A stretch of DNA of 64,000 nt from the IMG/VR virus record IMGVR_UViG_3300005841_000936, positions 1 through 64,000 of that record; one strand, 5' to 3'. Shown here in pieces: positions 50,463 to 58,113 of the stretch (the stretch's first letter is position 1; every line of letters begins with the position of its first letter). The DNA comes from a virus. The notes under the pieces are model-generated. The model was not told the origin of the DNA, made no database searches, and was given only the letters and a program-made list of their open reading frames with translations. A program made the translations under genes and the position numbers.

Positions 50463-51079
50463 AATACGTCCGCCTCGTCGCCACCGACGATCAATATGAC
50501 ACTGAGCTCGGCTTGGTCCTCAAGGGCACCCCAATCACCGACGATCTGATGGCCGATCGCAATGGTCAAATGATCGCCCACGACCTGGTCGAGCACCAGA
50601 ACGGTCCCGCCAACATTGGCACCGTCTGGGACGAGATGCAGGCTCTGGGCGGGATCTGGCACACTCGAGGTCGACATGGTGACTTCACCTCCGGCTATTG
50701 GAGCCCTCACCAGACGATCGCGCACGACCTGGCCCGCATGTACGAGGAAGATGATTGCATGGATGTGCCTGCGCTTCATACGTGCCCGCACGAATGCGAT
50801 GAGGATTTTGAGCACATCATCTCCCTCGCCCGACCCATAATAATGCGCGAAGCTTATGACGAGGAAGACGCCGATCCTGATCGGATTGACGCATTCTTAC
50901 AACCTGTAATTGGCCACATGAGAACAGGCTACCGCAAGGCCACCAAACGCTTCGGCCACGATTACGAGTCAAACAACCTCTACCACGCCATCAAGCGTGC
51001 GTGGACCACCCCAGAATATGCCGGTCAGGAATTTATCCTCGCTTACGGCAATGGACAGGCCAACATCTATGCCAATTGA
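50459..51079 (+). CDS. Hypothetical acidic protein (HDLVEH...DE, possible metal site)
   Basis: ATGA overlap with the upstream ORF. Confidence 0.6.
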   Translation: MKYVRLVATDDQYDTELGLVLKGTPITDDLMADRNGQMIAHDLVEHQNGPANIGTVWDEMQALGGIWHTRGRHGDFTSGYWSPHQTIAHDLARMYEEDDCMDVPALHTCPHECDEDFEHIISLARPIIMREAYDEEDADPDRIDAFLQPVIGHMRTGYRKATKRFGHDYESNNLYHAIKRAWTTPEYAGQEFILAYGNGQANIYAN

Positions 51080-51398
51080 ACTCGACCTCACCCGCGACCT
51101 TGCCAAGGTCCGCGGCAACACCGGACCTCTCGGCCGATGCCGATACACCGCCCCGTGCGCGATCGGCGCGATGATGAGCGCTGACGATCGTGATGATATC
51201 TTGCGACAAGGAACGCTTGTCGATGCCACGAGAATCCGATCCCTGCTGAGCGCAGGCAAGGTCGTCGCCCCAGCCGAGCAACATGCCGATCTCATCGCCC
51301 TGCAATTCGCCTTCTATAAGGCCGACTTCTTCCCTGAAGATTTCGAACGAACGCTCACCGAGCTCGAGGCAAAGTACAATGTCGTTCACGCAGCGTGA
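51069..51398 (+). CDS. Hypothetical protein, paralog of 49133..49462
   Basis: Shared motifs as listed for the paralog. Confidence 0.7.
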   Translation: MPIELDLTRDLAKVRGNTGPLGRCRYTAPCAIGAMMSADDRDDILRQGTLVDATRIRSLLSAGKVVAPAEQHADLIALQFAFYKADFFPEDFERTLTELEAKYNVVHAA

Positions 51399-52018
51399 AT
51401 TCGATCGGTTCGTAACCGAAGCAAGATCCTCGATTGAACGAGCAAGAGCCGCGGCAGCCACCTTCTGGTGGAACCGCGGTAAAACGAACGGATACCAGTG
51501 CGGGAAACGTGACGCTGAGGTGATCCTCGCCGGCCAAGCCGACACCTCATCCGACGTACAATCTGCTCTCATTGCTCTGGAGAAATTCAGTGTTTGACCC
51601 CCACTTCAACGCCGACCTGCGCCACACGGAGAACATCCTCCGCCGCCAGGGCCGGCATAGTCTCGCCAACGCTGCACATCGCCTCCGCGGCGAAACCCTG
51701 GACACGCGCAGTCCGCTCGATGACATCATCGCCAATATTCAGGCCGATCAGCTGCGCATGATGGCATTCACGCGATGACCGTCCGAGCCAACCATTGGTC
51801 CCGTGTGTACGCCGTAGCAGTGGCCACCTTTAAATCTGCCACCGCGGCCAAAATTGCGGATGATGCCCTCGTCGAATTTGACAAGCGCTTCTTTCCATCT
51901 GGAGAGCCGAGATGAAAATCCATCATGTCGTCCACCATGAACACCTCGCCTACGTCCTGCGCACCCGCAAGGTCCTGGGCATCGATGACTCATCCTTCCG
52001 CGTCGAAAGGAAGCCAAA

Positions 52019-52768
52019 GTGAGTAAGCTGGTCGAAACTGTAGCGCGGGCGATTGATCCCGATGCGTGGGCAAGGCGTGATGCCGATGCCGCCAGACGCG
52101 AGGAATGCTACCGCAACCTCAGCCATGGCTGGGAAGGCACAACCCTCGAAGAATGGGTCGAGCGATCGGTTCAGCCGTCGCTGGCAACCGCCCGAGCAGC
52201 CCTCACCGCCATCCAATCGGAGGGGAGTGGGGTAGTGGAACCCATCCCGATGATCCTGTTCTGCCCGGTATGCCGTTTGCAGCATATCGACAAAGCCGAC
52301 GAGCCCCCGCGCCTCGCCAATGGGGATGTCGCTCACGGATGTGAACTGTGTGACGGTGACGATGAGTGCACCTGCCCCGGTTGGAAGCCCCGCTGGTGGA
52401 TAAACCCGCCGCATCGCTCGCATCTCTGTCATGGCTGTGGGTGCATCTGGCGTCCTGCTGACGTGCCGACCAACGGCGTTGCGAGCATTGAGACGGCAGG
52501 GAAGGCTGACACGTTCGACCTTTCTGCCAAGCCCATCCCATCCCAGCTTTGCGAGCGGTTGCGTGGGTTGCTGGAGAAGGCGAACCTAGATCATCCTCAC
52601 CTTCATCCGAAGAACCCCGAGAACGACATCAACGACGTCATTGTTCGTGATGGCCGGTGGGTAGCCAACTTCAGCACCAATGAAGCGGCGGAACTGTTCG
52701 TCGAAGCGATTGCCGTCCTACCCACCCTTCTCGATGCACCTTCGCCGCAGAGGGGAACATCAGAATGA
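52019..52768 (+). CDS. Cys/His-rich hypothetical protein
   Basis: PIPMILFCPVCRLQHID...NPPHRSHLCHGCG..WRPAD.PTNG. Confidence 0.65.
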   Translation: MSKLVETVARAIDPDAWARRDADAARREECYRNLSHGWEGTTLEEWVERSVQPSLATARAALTAIQSEGSGVVEPIPMILFCPVCRLQHIDKADEPPRLANGDVAHGCELCDGDDECTCPGWKPRWWINPPHRSHLCHGCGCIWRPADVPTNGVASIETAGKADTFDLSAKPIPSQLCERLRGLLEKANLDHPHLHPKNPENDINDVIVRDGRWVANFSTNEAAELFVEAIAVLPTLLDAPSPQRGTSE

Positions 52769-52929
52769 AAGACGAAATCAAGTTCGATGAAGATGACGGT
52801 CGCCCTGTTCGCCGTATAACGATTCAACTTTCTGGCCGCAGCGATGAAGAAATCGCTGATGACATGGAAAAACTGTTTTCGGCGATGGAAGAGGACGGCG
52901 TAGAGTTCGTCCCCACTCCCAATGAGTGA
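52765..52929 (+). CDS. Small acidic protein (54 aa, below the ORF-track cut-off)
   Basis: ATGA overlap; AGGGG RBS; 17 of 54 residues are D/E. Confidence 0.55.
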   Translation: MKDEIKFDEDDGRPVRRITIQLSGRSDEEIADDMEKLFSAMEEDGVEFVPTPNE

Positions 52930-53275
52930 GTTGCTGCCCTGTCCCCATTGCGGCGGAAAGTGGGCTCTAGGCCAAGAGCCACATGACAACGCCTCGGTGG
53001 CGAGCATGTGGTATCTCTATCACAAAAATCCTCGCTGTCGGATGGACCACCCGACTTATCATTTTGCATCCAGAGATGAGCTAATCGCCGCCTGGAATAC
53101 CCGCACCCAATCCCCCGAAGCGATACGGGCTGCGGCTTTGGAAGAAGCTGTTGCGAAGCGGATGCGCGATGAGGACGGCAGTTCGTATACGTCCGGGTTC
53201 AACAATGGCTTGCAGGCCGCGCTTGTCGCAATCCGCGCACTTATCCAGCCATCGTCGGAAAGGATTGGGGAGTGA
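52922..53275 (+). CDS. Lar-like restriction alleviation family protein
   Basis: ELLPCPHCGG ... AAWNTR signature. Confidence 0.65.
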   Translation: MSELLPCPHCGGKWALGQEPHDNASVASMWYLYHKNPRCRMDHPTYHFASRDELIAAWNTRTQSPEAIRAAALEEAVAKRMRDEDGSSYTSGFNNGLQAALVAIRALIQPSSERIGE

Positions 53276-53511
53276 GCGAGGAGTTTGTTCGCGCCGGACA
53301 GGCTCGCGTCTGTCACGTCCAGCACCGCTGCGATGCTGGTGTCGGCACAGTCTATTACGTCGTTCTGGCGGACGGGTATCTGCTCGATTGCGGGCACGAA
53401 CCGATCGCGAAGGCCCGCGCTGAAACCCTCGTGGAGTTCATCAACTCGCGAGGGGCAGAAGCCTTCAATTCGCAAGCACTAATTCACCGTCCACAAAGGC
53501 CCCAGCCATGA
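53272..53511 (+). CDS. Hypothetical protein
   Basis: GTGA overlap. Confidence 0.5.
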   Translation: MSEEFVRAGQARVCHVQHRCDAGVGTVYYVVLADGYLLDCGHEPIAKARAETLVEFINSRGAEAFNSQALIHRPQRPQP

Positions 53512-53906
53512 CCGATCATCAGGCACGTGAACTGCGAATCTGGCGAGTATCATAAATGTACCAAGTCCTAATCCAGGGCCAACCTGTCTACCGTACCTCC
53601 GAATGGGTCGAAGCCGCCGACTACTGCCTCGCCCATAACCTGGCCATCTGGCTGCATAAGACGATTTTCGTCATCCTGCCGTTTGCAAAGATAAAATCAG
53701 TTTGATGGAAGCTGGTTCGGAACTCCGGACCTGATCAAAATGCGCGCAGAGTGTCGTCCAAAGGGAATGCGGGCGGCTCTTATCATCCGATTGTTCTCAC
53801 TAACTTGGAACTTCCCGGATCCCACCGCGCCAGCTTCCATCATGTGACTGAGTAACTCGCCTCGCTGAGGCTTCCATCAAATCGATCAAAATGAAAGGTT
53901 CACATC

Positions 53907-54338
53907 ATGAACCGAACCAATCTCCTGCGCCTCGCGCAATACCTCGACACGTTGCCGACCGACTACAGTCATTTTGACATGAAGTTTTATGTTCAGAATG
54001 GCGGCATTCAAGGCGGCTTCGATCCGATAAACATCAGTCATCTCAGTGACTGCGGCACGGTTGCGTGCGCTGTTGGCCACGCCCCTTCAATTCCCGGGCT
54101 TGAAGCCGCCCCTCGGGAGAGGTGGGACGGGTACGTCTCGCGAGTATTCGGCATCCGTACCGAAGAGTATGATGAAGAATTCCTCTTTATGTTCGGTAGT
54201 GGCTGGGCTGACGTGGACAACACACCGGCCGGCGCTGCCAAGCGCATTCGTTATTTCCTAAATCACGGTGTTCCAGACGATTTCGACTGTGATGATTCCG
54301 ATCTCACACCTTTCGTGGAGCTTTACGCAAATGCATAA
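53907..54338 (+). CDS. Hypothetical CGTxACAVGH-motif protein (paralog A)
   Basis: Tandem paralog of the next gene. Confidence 0.75.
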   Translation: MNRTNLLRLAQYLDTLPTDYSHFDMKFYVQNGGIQGGFDPINISHLSDCGTVACAVGHAPSIPGLEAAPRERWDGYVSRVFGIRTEEYDEEFLFMFGSGWADVDNTPAGAAKRIRYFLNHGVPDDFDCDDSDLTPFVELYANA

Positions 54339-54753
54339 AGAAAACCTACTCAAACTCGCCGAGTATCTCGACAAGATACCGACCGACTACAAGCACTTCG
54401 GCATGGAATGTTTCATGGTGAACGACGAAGGTTGCAGCATCGAAGTCGATGAGGTGACCAAAGCGTCATATCAGCATTGTGGCACCGCCGCTTGTGCTGT
54501 CGGACATGCCCCGCTTGTTAAGGGATTGGAAATTCGCCCGACGGACTGCGATTGGAATGACTATTGCGAGCGTATTTTCGCCATCGATCCATTTAGCTCG
54601 AAATTCGAATGGATGTTCGGCGGCTCTTGGCATCATTCTGATGACACACCCGCCGGCGCCGCCAAGCGCATTCGTCACTTGATCGCCAAAGGCGTTCCCG
54701 CTGGTTTTACCCGCCCTGATCCTTGCTGGATCGAGGTGTACGCCAATGCTTGA
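54331..54753 (+). CDS. Hypothetical CGTxACAVGH-motif protein (paralog B)
   Basis: NLL.LA.YLD..PTDY.HF.M, CGT.ACAVGHAP, TPAGAAKRIR and YANA shared with paralog A. Confidence 0.75.
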   Translation: MHKENLLKLAEYLDKIPTDYKHFGMECFMVNDEGCSIEVDEVTKASYQHCGTAACAVGHAPLVKGLEIRPTDCDWNDYCERIFAIDPFSSKFEWMFGGSWHHSDDTPAGAAKRIRHLIAKGVPAGFTRPDPCWIEVYANA

Positions 54754-55048
54754 TATTGCCAGCGCACTGCGCGCCAAGCAGGTCCTGTCGTTCGAATACG
54801 ATGGGAAACAAAGAATTGTTGAGCCCCACGCCTACGGCCGGAACTCGAAGGGTGACTACATCCTCCGTGGTTACCAGGTCGACGGTGAGAGCAGTACGAG
54901 CGCGCGTGCTTGGAAGCTGTTCAGCGTCGCCAAGATCGAGGACCTCGAGATCGCCAACGATCTGGAGTCCGAAGCCCCGCGCGAAGGCTACAAAATGGGT
55001 GACCGGCAGATGGCTGAGATCCTGGCTGAGCTGGAGGAGGCTGCGTGA
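54746..55048 (+). CDS. Stand-alone WYL domain protein
   Basis: LSFEY...RIVEPHAYG...YILRGY...WKLFSVAKI WYL pattern. Confidence 0.75.
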   Translation: MLDIASALRAKQVLSFEYDGKQRIVEPHAYGRNSKGDYILRGYQVDGESSTSARAWKLFSVAKIEDLEIANDLESEAPREGYKMGDRQMAEILAELEEAA

Positions 55049-55463
55049 CTGAAAAGGAACATATGGATGATCTTCGTGCTGCTCGTGGTCTGCCTCCGCA
55101 GACGCGGGAGAATTTGATGGAAAGCGTGGCAGCTGCACGTTGCTACATTGATCGTGCATCAGGCACGACAAATGTCAGCTCTCAAAAAGAGCTCGAGCTT
55201 CGGGCCTTCATGTCGATCTTCCATCCAGATCATGAGCTCACAAACGCTGCACCTTGCGAATTCAGGAACCGGTTCGGTTGTGACCAAGACTGAAGCCCTC
55301 GCCGCAGCCTTAGCCGCCGGCGCTGACCTGAAGGACATCCAACAGGAAAGTCGCCTCTGCAAGCGCATGTCAAAAGTCGTTTTGAAGAACATGATCAAGG
55401 CCCTCCAGCTCCACCCTTGGAACAACACCAAGGCCGATTGGACGCGCCTTGCGGGAGCTATGC

Positions 55464-55763
55464 ATGCCTAGGTATCACATAGACGTTTGGCAGGACGAGA
55501 GCATCTGGTCCTGGGCGGGCCTCGCCAACAGCGAGGAAGAAGCTGAGGAGTTCGCTCGCCGCCAACTCAACGAAGACTGGGAGCAGGAGTACGAGACGTG
55601 GGACGATCTCGCCTCCGACATGAACGGTACAGCCCTGCTCTACGCAGACAAGCCGGGCATCGAAGCGCTGATTGCTGAGGTCAAAAATCTCCTTACTCAC
55701 AGCCACCGCCCGGCGCTCGAGAAAGCTCTTCAGGCCGCTGAGTCTGAACTCAATAAACTCTGA
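55464..55763 (+). CDS. Hypothetical acidic protein
   Basis: GGGAG RBS. Confidence 0.55.
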   Translation: MPRYHIDVWQDESIWSWAGLANSEEEAEEFARRQLNEDWEQEYETWDDLASDMNGTALLYADKPGIEALIAEVKNLLTHSHRPALEKALQAAESELNKL

Positions 55764-56110
55764 TGAAACCGCGCAACCCCTTCGCCACCCGCTCCCACCC
55801 GACGCGCGTGATCCCCAACAAGAAGCGTGATGTCCTGCCTGATGTTGGGATCACGCGCCGTCTAAAAGGTGTGCAAATGACACTTAGCCCTTGGCAACAA
55901 GCCGTCGCCAAAACCTACGGCAACGGAGACTTTGCCCATATCACCAGCGTCGATGAAGCGCGTGAGGTGGGCGATACCCTATTCCTCTTCCTGATGATTG
56001 AACTCGACGAGAAGGAAGGCTGCGACAGTGCGCCCGAGGCTGGGATTCGACTGAACAATGCTCTTGGAGACGTCGAACTCGCGCTCCGGGCGGTGGAGGG
56101 TTTGCTATGA
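55763..56110 (+). CDS. Hypothetical protein (start may be 55877)
   Basis: Part of the early gene run. Confidence 0.5.
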   Translation: MKPRNPFATRSHPTRVIPNKKRDVLPDVGITRRLKGVQMTLSPWQQAVAKTYGNGDFAHITSVDEAREVGDTLFLFLMIELDEKEGCDSAPEAGIRLNNALGDVELALRAVEGLL

Positions 56111-56373
56111 TCGAAATCCAACACATGCTCGTGCTGTCCACGGCACACCTCACCGACAATACATGCAATACATTTCTGCCGAGTTACGAGGGTCCGGTCT
56201 GGCAGAAGAGTGAGTACGGTTATTTCGTCTACGTCCAGGATGATGATCTTTACGGTGATCTTCCCCAGGATCTGATCGACTGTTTTGAATTTGCCCGACA
56301 GTACCAGTGCGGCTGGATCATGTTCGACCGCGACGGTCCGACTGTTTCGACTTTGTCGGAGTATGAGTGGTGA
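56107..56373 (+). CDS. Hypothetical protein (DUF5983-like)
   Basis: LVLSTAHL...YGYFV...FDRDG...L..YEW pattern. Confidence 0.55.
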   Translation: MIEIQHMLVLSTAHLTDNTCNTFLPSYEGPVWQKSEYGYFVYVQDDDLYGDLPQDLIDCFEFARQYQCGWIMFDRDGPTVSTLSEYEW

Positions 56374-56870
56374 TCTTCTACGACGCCGCCGGCACTCTTG
56401 TCGCCACCCAGGCCGAGGCCAAGAACCTCGATAAGAATTTCACGAAAATCGACATCCCGACCGACAAGGAAGGGCTCCTGACATGGATCAACCATGAACG
56501 ATGGAGGCTCACGCCTTACGGTCAGCCGAATGAACTAGAACCTTATGGGGAGGCTGGTCGGGACCAGTTGGCTGTGGAGGGTTCGAGTCCCTCCCCTCCC
56601 CAACCATTCCTCGGCCAGACCATGGTCGATGAAGGTGGTGCCGCAGAAATGGCGCAGGCCCTGAGCGAGACTTCGATCGAGGACCAAATCCTCACCCTCG
56701 ACGGAGCCGAGTTCGGCCGCGTGCTCACGGCCACGCTGGATCGCCTGGGCGAGCTCAAGACCGAGGGCTGGGACATGGTCCGAGCCTTCGCCAAGATGCA
56801 CAAATCTCGAGGCAACCTCGAGCGTGCGATTGGATATTTATTTTTGGAGGCCAAGCCTCATGAGGAATGA
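56370..56870 (+). CDS. Hypothetical protein
   Basis: GTGA overlap; contains the tRNA-like element. Confidence 0.6.
   Translation: MIFYDAAGTLVATQAEAKNLDKNFTKIDIPTDKEGLLTWINHERWRLTPYGQPNELEPYGEAGRDQLAVEGSSPSPPQPFLGQTMVDEGGAAEMAQALSETSIEDQILTLDGAEFGRVLTATLDRLGELKTEGWDMVRAFAKMHKSRGNLERAIGYLFLEAKPHEE
56546..56606 (+). other. tRNA-like mini-structure embedded in a CDS
   Basis: TGGGGAGG/CCTCCCCA stem plus ACCA end; GAGGG-TTCGAGT-CCCTC T-arm; CTGGT-CGGG-ACCAG hairpin. Confidence 0.5.
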
Positions 56871-57600
56871 CGCCCCACTCCGCGTCCTGGTCGCGTGTGA
56901 ATTCTCCGGCAGCGTGCGGAACGCCTTCGCCCGTGCCGGGCACGATGCTTGGTCCTGTGATCTGATCCCATCCGAGGACGATAGCCCGCAGCACATCGTC
57001 GGCGACGTCCGTGACGTGCTCAAGGGCAATTGGGACATGCTGATCGTTGCCCACCCTCCCTGCACCCGCCTCTGCAACAGCGGTGTACGTTGGCTGGATG
57101 AGCCGCCGACCAAGCTCAATCCCGAGCATCACACTCCGTACGAATGTGCAGTCTACCTAGACATGAGCCGGGACGAACGCCTCGCCTTCATGTGGCGCAA
57201 GCTCGATGAGGGTGCCGCGCTGTTTAGCGACCTGTGGAACGTGTCTCACATCCCGTACGTCGCGATCGAGAACCCGGTGATGCACAAGCATGCCAAGGGC
57301 AAGATCCGCGGCTACCAGGAATTCACCCAGAGCGTGCAACCGTGGCAGTTCGGCGACTGGGAAACCAAGCGCACCTGCCTCTGGCTCAAACGCCTTCAAC
57401 CACTGAAACCGGCCTATGAAACGATCGAGCATGCTCGCATCGGTCTAGGCCTGCCAGAGGGCGCCAAGCCCTCCAATCGTGTTCACTCCGCCTCACCCGG
57501 CCCCAACCGCGGCAAGGAGCGCTCGCGCTTCTTCGACGGCATCGCTGACGCGATGGCTGTGCAGTGGGGCAGCGCAATCAAGGAAGCAATTTATGGGTAA
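56860..57600 (+). CDS. Phage DNA cytosine-C5 methyltransferase-like protein
   Basis: LVACEFSG (atypical motif I), GDV, AHPPC (motif IV), IENP (motif VI), QPWQFG...KRT.LW. Confidence 0.7.
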   Translation: MRNDAPLRVLVACEFSGSVRNAFARAGHDAWSCDLIPSEDDSPQHIVGDVRDVLKGNWDMLIVAHPPCTRLCNSGVRWLDEPPTKLNPEHHTPYECAVYLDMSRDERLAFMWRKLDEGAALFSDLWNVSHIPYVAIENPVMHKHAKGKIRGYQEFTQSVQPWQFGDWETKRTCLWLKRLQPLKPAYETIEHARIGLGLPEGAKPSNRVHSASPGPNRGKERSRFFDGIADAMAVQWGSAIKEAIYG

Positions 57601-57865
57601 GCTCATCGCACCCAACGGCGCCGAGATCATTGGCACGCTCGAGCGCCTGGTTGGTCGCGCCGATCTCGACGGGGCCCTTCGACTGCCTGACGGAACGTTT
57701 GAAATCGCCTACGCTGGTCACACCAAAGTCTTCTGGGACGATCAGGTCACGGTCACCCGCGAAGGCCAGCGCGTCTTCCTCGACGAGGACGGCAACGAGT
57801 ATCTCGAGCGTGAACTCACCTTGGTTGACGACATTCCCGACGACGATGATGAGGCCGAGGCGTAA
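57593..57865 (+). CDS. Hypothetical acidic protein
   Basis: AAGGA RBS; overlaps the methyltransferase stop. Confidence 0.6.
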   Translation: MGKLIAPNGAEIIGTLERLVGRADLDGALRLPDGTFEIAYAGHTKVFWDDQVTVTREGQRVFLDEDGNEYLERELTLVDDIPDDDDEAEA

Positions 57866-58113
57866 CCATGCATGTTGCCATGGCTCAGAGCCCTAAATTT
57901 CGATCGGTCAGAAGCCGCTATCTTTTTGCGATGCAGCATTATGGATATCTCGGGTGCATTCTCGACCCGGATTTCGACAACGACAATGAAGAGCCGATCA
58001 CGGCCGAGCCGCTCGATTGGTGCCAGTCTCATACTGAGCCTGCCCCGCATACTGACTGAGTAACTCGGGCCAACGCCCAAGCAACTTCCCCTAAACTGAT
58101 TTAGGTCAATCAC

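Noticed and set aside
56546-56606. Functional tRNA gene or attP site
   Set aside because: Too short, no proper anticodon arm, and no integrase in the window
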